The translations under genes were made by a program, and so were the position numbers. A stretch of 64,000 nt of DNA, taken from assembly GCA_963990035.1 (NCBI GenBank), contig CAXDMJ010000003.1, positions 2,974 to 66,973 on the forward strand, read 5' to 3'. The notes beneath the pieces are model-generated. The model was not told the origin of the DNA and did not search any database. It saw nothing but the letters and a program-made list of their open reading frames with translations. Position 1 is the stretch's first letter. Every line of letters begins with the position of its first letter. This document shows positions 1-8,570 of the stretch, piece after piece. Origin of the DNA: an uncultured Candidatus Poseidoniales archaeon (GTDB lineage: Archaea; Thermoplasmatota; Poseidoniia; Poseidoniales; Thalassarchaeaceae).

Positions 1-1
1 T

Positions 2-262
2 ATGCTTTCAGTATCTGGTAGAGAATCGCTTGTTGATACAGCGGTTCGTACATCTAAGTCTGGATATATGCAACGCCGATTGATTAATGCTATGGATGAT
101 TTGAAAGTAGCAAATGATGATATGCGTTCTGTAAGGAATACTGCGGATAGAATTATTCAATTCGAATATGGAGAAGATAAAGTTGACCCAGCAAGAAGTA
201 GAAAGGGAGAACCTTTCGATGTCAATCAAGTACTTGATGAAGCCTTAGGGGGTGTTAATTGA
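2..262 (+). CDS. rpoA1: DNA-directed RNA polymerase subunit A' (Rpo1N), C-terminal fragment; 5' end lies outside the window
   Basis: Translation [32 protein letters not shown] matches the conserved C-terminal part of archaeal A'. Its TGA stop (260-262) overlaps the ATG of the next gene (262-264), the classic A'/A'' split junction. Confidence 0.8.
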   Translation: MLSVSGRESLVDTAVRTSKSGYMQRRLINAMDDLKVANDDMRSVRNTADRIIQFEYGEDKVDPARSRKGEPFDVNQVLDEALGGVN

Positions 263-1839
263 TGGTAGTAAAGAGTGCAACCAAAAAGAAATTAATGGAT
301 CTTGGAATCGAAGAAGAGTATGCTCATAAACTTGCAGATGACAAGAAATGGGATGATGTGAAAATCTTAACATCTTCACAAATAGCACAAATTTGTGGTA
401 CTGATTCTGGCACAGCAACTAAAATATTTGAAGTAATGGCTGGTTCATCAAAGGCTGCACAAAGAGCAGCAGCTAGAATTGATAAAACATTGTTGAGAAG
501 AAAATCGGGTCCACGAAGAGCAACTAAGAGAACTACTTTACCTATACAGACATATGATTCTGAATCGAAATTAATACAAATTCTTAGAGATATAGATGTT
601 GAGTCAGAATTATATTCTCAACTGACGGATGTTTCTGTAAAAATGAATGTTTCAATGACGCCTCGGATTATTAATGATTTAGTTAATGCTCTAATTGCTA
701 GAGGAGATACAAAATTAACTCCTGCTAAAGCAAAGAAAGTGGTGGCTTCTGCAAATAAATACCTTACAGCATCTCGAGTTGATCCTCATGAGGCAGTAGG
801 TATTACTACTGCTCAATCAATTGGCGAACCAGGTACTCAAATGACAATGCGAACTTTCCACTATGCTGGTGTAGCTACAGTTAACGTCACACAAGGTCTA
901 CCTAGAATCATTGAGATTGTTGATGCTAGGAAAGTACCTAATACTCCTACAATGAGGATTTATCTGGATGAAAATAATGCGAAAGGTAAGCCTCTAAGGA
1001 CAAACGAAAAATTAGTTCAAGAAATTGCTGCAGGATTAGAGACGACAACTACCAGAGATATTGCTAATATTGATGTAGATATTACACAACGTCATATTAT
1101 CCTTACTCTAAGTACTGCTAATCTTCGTGTTAAGAAAATGAATGGTGCTGAAGTCAGAGATAAATTATCTCGTGCTTTAAGACTCTTTGTTCAAGCAGAT
1201 AATGATGATAAGCCAAAGGTTCTAAAGATCATTCCAGGTATTGCTAAGGAAGAAGAATTAGCGACACTTGCTAGTGATCCTCCAACTTACACCGCTCTTC
1301 TACAACTTGAAGAGAAAATCAAGAAGTTACGATTAAAGGGGCTTCCAGATATAATGAGGGCTAATGTACAGGGTCCTGATGTAGATACTGGAGAGTATTA
1401 TATATCTACAATAGGATCAAACTTATCCAAGGTCAGCGAGTATGCAGGTGTAGATCGTGGACGAACATATACTAATAACATCACCGAGATTCACCAATAT
1501 TTAGGTATTGAAGCAGCTCGACAAGCAATCATTAATGAACTGTTATTGACACTCGAAGGAGCAGGTTTAGATGTAGATGTCAGACATTTACTAATGGTAT
1601 CAGATGTTATGACTAGTGAAGGAGAAGTACGTGCTATTGGCCGTCATGGAGTTAGTGGAACTAAGCACAGTATCTTGGCAAGATCTGCTTTCGAGGTGAC
1701 TGTAACGCATCTTCTCAGAGCAGGAATTATCGGTGAAAGAGACGAATTAAGAGGTGTTACTGAGAATATTATTGTTGGTCAGCCTGTTTCATTAGGTACT
1801 GGTGCTGTTGACTTATACTATATCCCAGAGGATGCATAA
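262..1839 (+). CDS. rpoA2: DNA-directed RNA polymerase subunit A'' (Rpo1C) with an unusual N-terminal extension
   Basis: Hallmark motifs [37 protein letters not shown] and the C-terminal [20 protein letters not shown] at 262 (the ORF track opens at TTG 259). GEPGTQ sits at about residue 189, further in than I recall for typical A'' proteins. Confidence 0.9.
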   Translation: MVVKSATKKKLMDLGIEEEYAHKLADDKKWDDVKILTSSQIAQICGTDSGTATKIFEVMAGSSKAAQRAAARIDKTLLRRKSGPRRATKRTTLPIQTYDSESKLIQILRDIDVESELYSQLTDVSVKMNVSMTPRIINDLVNALIARGDTKLTPAKAKKVVASANKYLTASRVDPHEAVGITTAQSIGEPGTQMTMRTFHYAGVATVNVTQGLPRIIEIVDARKVPNTPTMRIYLDENNAKGKPLRTNEKLVQEIAAGLETTTTRDIANIDVDITQRHIILTLSTANLRVKKMNGAEVRDKLSRALRLFVQADNDDKPKVLKIIPGIAKEEELATLASDPPTYTALLQLEEKIKKLRLKGLPDIMRANVQGPDVDTGEYYISTIGSNLSKVSEYAGVDRGRTYTNNITEIHQYLGIEAARQAIINELLLTLEGAGLDVDVRHLLMVSDVMTSEGEVRAIGRHGVSGTKHSILARSAFEVTVTHLLRAGIIGERDELRGVTENIIVGQPVSLGTGAVDLYYIPEDA

Positions 1840-1851
1840 GGAGGAATATAA

Positions 1852-2148
1852 ATGGATTTAGCAAGACAATTAAAACAAGGAATTAGTACTGGAAATTTAC
1901 TTTTCGGACAACGACAAACAAAAAGCGCCTGCTCAAAAGGAGATGCACGTATGATATTAGTCGCTGCGAATTGCCCTAAGTCATACATTAGCGATATTAA
2001 GGAAAATCATCCAGATGTAACTGTTCATCAAGTAACTTTAGTGAACAGACAACTCGGTGCTGCTTGTGCAAAGCCTTTCCCAGTTAGTGCAGTTTGTGTA
2101 CTAGACCCGGGACAGAGTGAATTACTTTCACTATCAATGAATGTTTGA
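1852..2148 (+). CDS. rpl30e: 50S ribosomal protein L30e
   Basis: 98 aa. GDARMILVAANCP and QLGAACAKPFPVSAVCVLDPG are typical of L30e. AGGAGG at 1839-1844 precedes the ATG. Canonical position directly after rpoA2. Confidence 0.85.
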   Translation: MDLARQLKQGISTGNLLFGQRQTKSACSKGDARMILVAANCPKSYISDIKENHPDVTVHQVTLVNRQLGAACAKPFPVSAVCVLDPGQSELLSLSMNV

Positions 2149-2211
2149 ACATAATAAATTAATCCCTAATTGGATTGATTCGTTTATCTTTAAGCGTTCT
2201 TTTGAAGTGAG

Positions 2212-3177
2212 ATGATACAATCCGAAGCCATGGAAGAAACAGTTCGTGACATACTCGCCTCACGAACTGTTAGACTAGAACCTATATCTGAACAATTTCA
2301 AATTTATGGTTTTCGTTGTCTTGGTATAGCAGAAAAATTACTTGATTTTGTAGATGATGATGTGTCACCAGTGTATGTTTGGCATGTACAAGATGATATA
2401 TTGCCACTTTCAAAGAATGAAATAGAGAGGTGGTCAATAGATGCACCTGGTAAACGCCACTGGATTCTTAGCGAGAGGGATTTTTCAGAAGATATTTTCA
2501 AAGATATTTCAAACGATTTTCATGTAAATGCATGGGGTCCTAAAAAACTCTCGCGATGGATTGGAGAAGCTGTTTTACGTGGTGATTTAATTGTTAAATC
2601 TAATACTCATTCACAAGAAACTATTATTCAAGAAACTATTGAATCAATAAAAAAATCGGATGAAAATAATAACCTCACATTAAAACCATTAATTCAGATA
2701 AATGATTGGTTAGATAAAGAATCATTAGGTACGTTGAATACATTACCTGTTTTTCTCAATCTAAAGTTATGGGGGTTATCTGGTATGATGTACGGTCCTA
2801 ATTCTGTTTCAGAAGCTAAGGATTGGTCATTTATCGAAGATCCTTGGGCGGATAAAATTCATGAATTTAATGCTGATGATATACTTCTAAATCCGCCTAA
2901 TTTACGCCAAATAGATGCTTTAGAAGGGAAATGGCATACTATTAGTACACTAAAAATAAATCTTAAACCTCTACTTGATTTTAGGAAAAAAGAACAATTT
3001 TTTGAAGGTGTTGATAAAGTCAAATCAAGTATGCTTGAATGGTGGCGTGTTGATTTAGACACTTTATCTTTAGAATCTACCGATATTCAAATACCTGCCT
3101 GGATTTTAATTTTTGACGATGGAGAAAAAAAGATTCTTCATAGTAGGAATGGTATGACTTATTCTTTCTATGATTAA
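2212..3177 (+). CDS. hypothetical protein (no recognisable motif); occupies the slot where nusA normally follows rpl30e
   Basis: Long ORF (321 aa) with no competing ORF. Acidic, Trp-rich, no TM segment, no KH GxxG motif. Confidence 0.5.
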   Translation: MIQSEAMEETVRDILASRTVRLEPISEQFQIYGFRCLGIAEKLLDFVDDDVSPVYVWHVQDDILPLSKNEIERWSIDAPGKRHWILSERDFSEDIFKDISNDFHVNAWGPKKLSRWIGEAVLRGDLIVKSNTHSQETIIQETIESIKKSDENNNLTLKPLIQINDWLDKESLGTLNTLPVFLNLKLWGLSGMMYGPNSVSEAKDWSFIEDPWADKIHEFNADDILLNPPNLRQIDALEGKWHTISTLKINLKPLLDFRKKEQFFEGVDKVKSSMLEWWRVDLDTLSLESTDIQIPAWILIFDDGEKKILHSRNGMTYSFYD

Positions 3178-4043
3178 TTTCTCTGTAAAGCCATTAATTC
3201 ATCAGTCGATAATGTGTCTCCTGACATCAACCTAGACATTAGATCAGTAACTTCTAATCTCGTACTACTATCATCATCTAGGTTCCTCTCTTTAGCATCC
3301 ATTGCTTTAAACAAATCTTGAATTGAATGTATGCTCCTTAGTGAAACAACATACTTATTATGCAATAAATCTGCTTCTCTTTTTGAGCGAATAACTCCTT
3401 CTTGAGATGAGTTAGCTTTAGCGCGTAGCCTATCAACTTCTTCTGAAAGTTCAATCATTAGATCATGTGATTCTTGGGCAGTAGTAACGGCTTCTTCGAC
3501 TAGCCTGTGGGCTTCTTCTTGTGATTTAGCCGCTTTTCGAACATTTGCTTCTAAATCGGAAAATATATTTACAACCTTATTAGCTTTAATATCCTTTAAT
3601 TCCGAATAAAGTTTTTTCATTTCTCTTTCGAAATTTCTTTCTTTTCCTTGAAAATGCCCATGATTAAATCTCATATCCATTTTATCAATATCACTTCGAA
3701 TAGATCTTTCATTACGACTTTTTTCCTTCCTTTCTTTCTTTTTTGGTTCTTCCGCTGGTTTTTTTTCTTGCAGTTCAGTACGGAATTGTTTGAGAACCGT
3801 TGATCTTTCCGCACGAATTATTTTTAATTCTTTAACTTTAGAGTTTGCTTCATCCCGTATTATTTTCTGATTTTGAACTTCACCGATCAATTCCTTGACC
3901 TGTCTATTAATTTCATTTCTTTCTGTGAGATATTTTTTAACTTTACCATTCCAGTTATCTCTATCTTCTCTAAACACAGAAAGCTTCTCATCTAATGAAC
4001 TACTTTTTGGGCGGAGGATAGTCCTAACCTCATCAAAATTCAT
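3174..4043 (-). CDS. uncharacterised archaeal coiled-coil protein (COG1340-like), paralog 1
   Basis: 289 aa, almost entirely K/E/R-rich heptad-like helix. Central break (DIDKMDMRFNHGHFQGKERNFEREMKKL). C-terminal motif MSGDTLSTDELMALQ. Confidence 0.6.
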   Translation of the reverse strand: MNFDEVRTILRPKSSSLDEKLSVFREDRDNWNGKVKKYLTERNEINRQVKELIGEVQNQKIIRDEANSKVKELKIIRAERSTVLKQFRTELQEKKPAEEPKKKERKEKSRNERSIRSDIDKMDMRFNHGHFQGKERNFEREMKKLYSELKDIKANKVVNIFSDLEANVRKAAKSQEEAHRLVEEAVTTAQESHDLMIELSEEVDRLRAKANSSQEGVIRSKREADLLHNKYVVSLRSIHSIQDLFKAMDAKERNLDDDSSTRLEVTDLMSRLMSGDTLSTDELMALQRN

Positions 4044-4123
4044 GATTCTCAGGCCTCCTTCATATTCTCCGAGTTAAGAATATCATATAAGGGCATAGGG
4101 AGAGAGTAAATCGGGCAACTGCT

Positions 4124-5095
4124 CTATTCATCGCGTTTAGATGCTCGTGAGCCTAACCTTGCTCCTCCTCTAGCAACTCCTAGTCTTCTGTGTTGCTTCT
4201 TACCAGATATCTTTTTAGGTTGTTTTTTCTTTGTAGATTTCGCACTATCCTTTGCTAATTCAGATAGCCCTCCTACTCTCAATAATGCTCCTAGTTCTTG
4301 TGTATTTAGAGAATCTCCACTCTGAGCCCGATCTTTAACTTCTGATATTTTGATTACTTTACCGTAACTACTCGTCATCCTGAGATATGATCTAATACGT
4401 TTTACTTCTTTCCTATGATTCTTCTTTTCTTCAGATATTTTGTCTAATTCTTTATCTATTTTTCCTATTCTTTTACTAATTTTTCTAACTTCTGAGCGAT
4501 TTGCAGGGTTTATTTCTTCCTTACCTTCTGATTCTTCCGAACCTTCTTTTTTGTTAGATTTCCTAGTTGAATCTAGTTCTTTTGTAATATTTCTTATCTC
4601 TTTTATTTGTATTACATATTCCGAATGATGTTTTTCTGAATCTTGCTTTCTAGTATATGCTGCCTGTAATTCAAAAAATCTTTTGAACATTTCAATTTCA
4701 CGATTAAGTGTAGGTACTGCTGTTAAATCATTATCGATAGTAACTAATCTTTGATGAGTTTCACTCATCCATTCTGATAAAATACTAGATGGAGGAGGAA
4801 TTGAGCGATTTACTTCGTCTCTCTTCGTCTTCGCTTTTTCTGCTAATTTCCTAGCTTCATGAAACCTCTTCAATAATCCTCTTCTTTCATCATTTTCAGC
4901 CTCAAGTTCTCCGACTTCTATTCGGAGTGATTTTACAATTTCAACTTGACTTTTTCTCTCATATCTTAGTGATTTATGTTCTTCATCAATACTTCTAATT
5001 TGTTTTTCTAAATCACTGGCAGTTTGTTCCAATTCTTTACGATCAATTTCTTCTAAATCAGAAAAGATACCATTATCAGGCTCAGAATCACTCAT
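4124..5095 (-). CDS. uncharacterised archaeal coiled-coil protein (COG1340-like), paralog 2, with basic C-terminal tail
   Basis: 323 aa coiled coil. C-terminal QSGDSLNTQELGALL followed by the basic tail KKQHRRLGVARGGARLGSRASKR. Its start overlaps the stop of the upstream paralog by 4 nt (5092-5095). Confidence 0.6.
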   Translation of the reverse strand: MSDSEPDNGIFSDLEEIDRKELEQTASDLEKQIRSIDEEHKSLRYERKSQVEIVKSLRIEVGELEAENDERRGLLKRFHEARKLAEKAKTKRDEVNRSIPPPSSILSEWMSETHQRLVTIDNDLTAVPTLNREIEMFKRFFELQAAYTRKQDSEKHHSEYVIQIKEIRNITKELDSTRKSNKKEGSEESEGKEEINPANRSEVRKISKRIGKIDKELDKISEEKKNHRKEVKRIRSYLRMTSSYGKVIKISEVKDRAQSGDSLNTQELGALLRVGGLSELAKDSAKSTKKKQPKKISGKKQHRRLGVARGGARLGSRASKRDE

Positions 5096-5937
5096 TCTTC
5101 CTCCTCCTTTGAATTATTGATATGTTTTACTTTTTTAACAACTTTTGTGTTCTTTTTCCTCGCAAATGAAGAATCCCCACCTTGAGATACTTTTTTCTGA
5201 GCCGCTAGTAAATCGCTGAATCCATCATCTAATACTCCAAAACCATTTTCTAATCTTCTTTCCCAGTAGTTAATGGCTTTATCCGATTGAGATAATAATT
5301 CTTTAGCTCGATCTAATTGCCTTCTTATCTCTCTTAATTCATTTTTAATAATCAATTGTTTTTCATGCCTAGGTTGTGCTTTTTCTACACCATCAAGCAT
5401 ATTTCTATGTGATTTGTCTGCGTCTCGATAAAGTGAATTCATTTCTCTTCTAGCATTTATATAAGTCACCATTTCAGGGTTTGATTCTCTTCTTTCCTTT
5501 AACCATTTATCATTTGTCTCAATAATTTTTTTCCTTCTATCAAGTAGTTTTCTTTCTGCCTTATGGTCTAGAGCTGAAGTTTCAATCTTTTTTTCTATAT
5601 CCTCAATTTCATCGAATAATTTTTCTTTTTTCCACAGTGGATCAAGATTTATCATTCCATCAGCTTGCATTAAGTTTTCTTTACTTTTCTTTACTATTTT
5701 GAGAAGTTGATTTGCTTTTTTCTGAGCTTCATTTCTTTTATCTTTAAGTTCACTAACTTTGCTATTAATTATTTTATTACTTTCTAATGCTTTTTTAGCC
5801 TTTGGTGCGAGTTTTTGTTCTTCAGCCTCTAAAGTTCTAATCACTGTTGGCAACTGCTCTTTCAACAATTGTCTCCTCGCAAGTAAGGCTCTGGCCATGT
5901 CCTCGGGCGAGACTGTAAGCAGTTGCTCTGTGTCCAT
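5092..5937 (-). CDS. uncharacterised archaeal coiled-coil protein (COG1340-like), paralog 3
   Basis: 281 aa coiled coil with the central element IEDIEKKIETSALDHKAERKLLDRRKKI. First gene of the minus-strand trio. Confidence 0.6.
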   Translation of the reverse strand: MDTEQLLTVSPEDMARALLARRQLLKEQLPTVIRTLEAEEQKLAPKAKKALESNKIINSKVSELKDKRNEAQKKANQLLKIVKKSKENLMQADGMINLDPLWKKEKLFDEIEDIEKKIETSALDHKAERKLLDRRKKIIETNDKWLKERRESNPEMVTYINARREMNSLYRDADKSHRNMLDGVEKAQPRHEKQLIIKNELREIRRQLDRAKELLSQSDKAINYWERRLENGFGVLDDGFSDLLAAQKKVSQGGDSSFARKKNTKVVKKVKHINNSKEEEE

Positions 5938-6032
5938 TGTATTCGGGGCTACCTAAAGGTGTCAATAAAGTTCACTATGTGACCACAAAGAGGGGTTTCA
6001 TTCATACGGTTGTTATTGCCGAGTAATACCCA

Positions 6033-7913
6033 ATGGTAAGAAGTACTTCTGTTTCTTCGTTGAAACGTTTGTTCTTATTTGGAATTATATTGATATTCTT
6101 TACCAATATTGTATCTGCGGAAGATAGTGATTTTGAAATCTCAGCTGGTGGTAATTGGTCAATTGATTATTTGGATGGTAATCTACAACAAAGTAGTGGG
6201 AATGAATCAGCATCCGACGGGGACTATATCAGTCTTAAGATTCCTGTGCATAACTCTAATATTTCCTCAAATGATTCCTCTTGGAGTTTCAGTTTCGGGA
6301 ATGAAGGCCAATGGTACGGCGGACATTCAGGAATTTTACCAGGCAATCAATCATTGTATGAAGTAGATGTTTTTTTTGGTCCAGTTAGTGAAGGTATTAT
6401 TTATTGTAAACTTATGATTAATAATACTCTGGCTGTAGAAATAATTGAGATTATCGTTGGTCCTAATCCCGTTAATTTCTCATCTGCTGGTGCTGCAAAT
6501 CTCGTGTTAATCGGTCAACCTGCTCATGTAGGTGATGAATTAATAGCATCTATCTTAGTTCATAATCAAGGCCTGATTACTAATCAAGTTCAACTAGAAC
6601 TATCAAAAAATGATGGTGCGATTATTATTTTAGGTAGTCCTGTAAGTATCTCCCCCGGGTCAAGTAGAGAAGTATCTGCGTCTTTCATTCCATTATCATC
6701 CGGTTCCCAATCAATTGAATGGGCGATTTTAAGCTCAGATGGTGGGATTGATTTATCTCTCAATGGTACATATAATTTGGAGATACAAAAATCTCAAGAT
6801 ATAGTGGTGGATATTGAACAGAGTTCATGGACATTAGATGATGGCCTAAATCTAGATTTTTCATTATCACTTGACTCGGGGTTAAATCGCAGTGTCAAAG
6901 TATCGATTTTTATGAAATCAGGAAATGATTATTCACTTTATCAGGAATTTTCTGTATATCTTAATCCAGGGATAAGAAACTTGAATCTTGAACTTGGTCA
7001 TCCTGATGCTAGCCGTCTCAAAATAGTAGTTTCTGCTGAAGCTTGGTTATCTATTAATGGAGATGCTGAAAAAATCATTGATTTATCGCCACCATTAATC
7101 ATACCATCAATATTGATTACTAATATATCTCCAGATTCAATTTCATTAGGGGATGCTGTTTCTATCAATTACACCCTCTTGAATAATGGTTCTGAGCGTT
7201 CATCCATTGGTTTGCTTAGGGTAGTTGGTATAGCGAATAATATTATTTTCGCAGAACGTATAATCTCTGAAATTGATGGCGGTAGTAGTTTGTCAGGCCA
7301 AATTGAAATTCCTACATGGGAATATTCTCAAACAACTGATATAGAATTCATTTGGACAATGGATGAATTGTCTATTAGTAGCCAAACATCAATAATAGTA
7401 GATTCTGAAAGTAGTACTAGTTTCACACTTCCATTTAATATTTATGCAGCATTATTTGGAGCTTTTTCTGGATTAGCTATAGTTATGGCTAGTTTAGTAT
7501 TTTACAGAGTAGCATCTCAAAATACTCCTTCTACGTTCACATCTTGGAATCGTAAATTCTCTGGTGACAAGACCTCTAGTTCAACTAATAATGAAGAAAA
7601 TAAAGAAGTCAGTTGTCCCAGTTGCAGTCAAAGATTAAATGTCCCTTCAAACCATCATGGATCAATTAAATGTCCTGCCTGCACTATGCAATTTTCACAA
7701 CTTAATATCACAGGTGAAAAAGAGAAAGAATCATTAGAAATTCCTGAAAAATCAGATGTAATAAATGATAATTTAATATTAGAATCTTACTCTGAAAATG
7801 AATTACTATCTTGCCCTCAATGTGAACAAACTCTTAGAGTGCCACTTGATAAGAGGCCTATTAGGTCACGTTGTCCTGCTTGCAGGGCAGAATTTACTGC
7901 GAAATTAGGTTGA
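6033..7913 (+). CDS. surface protein: signal peptide, beta-rich ectodomain repeats, single TM, cytoplasmic tail with two CPxC...CPAC zinc ribbons
   Basis: N-terminal LFLFGIILIFFTNIVSAEDS signal-like segment. Repeated modules such as GDELIASILVHNQGLITNQVQLEL and GDAVSINYTLLNNGSERSS. TM AALFGAFSGLAIVMASLVFY. Tail has CPSCSQRLNVPSNHHGSIKCPACTMQF and CPQCEQTLRVPLDKRPIRSRCPACRAEF. Confidence 0.65.
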   Translation: MVRSTSVSSLKRLFLFGIILIFFTNIVSAEDSDFEISAGGNWSIDYLDGNLQQSSGNESASDGDYISLKIPVHNSNISSNDSSWSFSFGNEGQWYGGHSGILPGNQSLYEVDVFFGPVSEGIIYCKLMINNTLAVEIIEIIVGPNPVNFSSAGAANLVLIGQPAHVGDELIASILVHNQGLITNQVQLELSKNDGAIIILGSPVSISPGSSREVSASFIPLSSGSQSIEWAILSSDGGIDLSLNGTYNLEIQKSQDIVVDIEQSSWTLDDGLNLDFSLSLDSGLNRSVKVSIFMKSGNDYSLYQEFSVYLNPGIRNLNLELGHPDASRLKIVVSAEAWLSINGDAEKIIDLSPPLIIPSILITNISPDSISLGDAVSINYTLLNNGSERSSIGLLRVVGIANNIIFAERIISEIDGGSSLSGQIEIPTWEYSQTTDIEFIWTMDELSISSQTSIIVDSESSTSFTLPFNIYAALFGAFSGLAIVMASLVFYRVASQNTPSTFTSWNRKFSGDKTSSSTNNEENKEVSCPSCSQRLNVPSNHHGSIKCPACTMQFSQLNITGEKEKESLEIPEKSDVINDNLILESYSENELLSCPQCEQTLRVPLDKRPIRSRCPACRAEFTAKLG

Positions 7914-7922
7914 GGTGTTTTT

Positions 7923-8570
7923 ATGTCAGAATTGAGTGAATTCGAAGAAATGTATCTTAAAAGAATCTTTGAAGCACATTTCAATCAACCTGATGCAATA
8001 GTTAAAACTACTCAATTAGCAGAATTAATGGATGTCAGTGCAGCATCTACTACAGAAATGATACAAAGATTAGCGAGTAGAGATTATCTGACTTATATTC
8101 CATACAAAGGTTGTAGGCTAACCTCATTGGGATTTAAGCATTCATCCAGTCTTAAACGTAGGGAAGAACTTCTCCGAATTCTTTTATCTGATGTAATTCG
8201 ATATGAGGGTGATATTGATTCAGCTGCTTGCAGGCTAGAGCATAATGTGGATAAAGATTTAGAAGCATCCATTGATCGAATGTTAGGTTATCCTGAGCGT
8301 AATAAGGAAGGTGATCTTATCCCTCAAGTTGATAGGGATTTAATGATTTCAGGCCGCAATACTTTACTTCCAATTTCTGCATTACCTGAAGAGACAGATG
8401 CGAAAATCGAGTTAATTCTTTCAAGCAGTGTTGCAATAAAAACTTTACATGGTGTCGGACTTACTATAGGTTCTAAGATACGTAAAGAATCTAACAAATA
8501 CTATTGTAATGGTTCTGAAATAATTTTTTCTCGCGAATTAAGTTTTAAAATAATAGTTAGGATCGAATGA
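7923..8570 (+). CDS. DtxR/MntR-family metal-dependent transcriptional regulator with C-terminal FeoA/SH3-like domain
   Basis: N-terminal wHTH EMYLKRIF...TTQLAELMDVSAASTTEMIQRLASRDYLTY. Metal-site-like CRLEHNV (C-x-x-E-H). C-terminal beta-rich IKTLHGVGLTIGSKI segment. Confidence 0.75.
   Translation: MSELSEFEEMYLKRIFEAHFNQPDAIVKTTQLAELMDVSAASTTEMIQRLASRDYLTYIPYKGCRLTSLGFKHSSSLKRREELLRILLSDVIRYEGDIDSAACRLEHNVDKDLEASIDRMLGYPERNKEGDLIPQVDRDLMISGRNTLLPISALPEETDAKIELILSSSVAIKTLHGVGLTIGSKIRKESNKYYCNGSEIIFSRELSFKIIVRIE

Noticed and set aside
6109-6366. 85-aa same-strand ORF nested in an alternative frame of the surface-protein gene.
   Set aside because: It lies fully inside a much longer coherent ORF, has no ribosome-binding context, and its composition is not protein-like.
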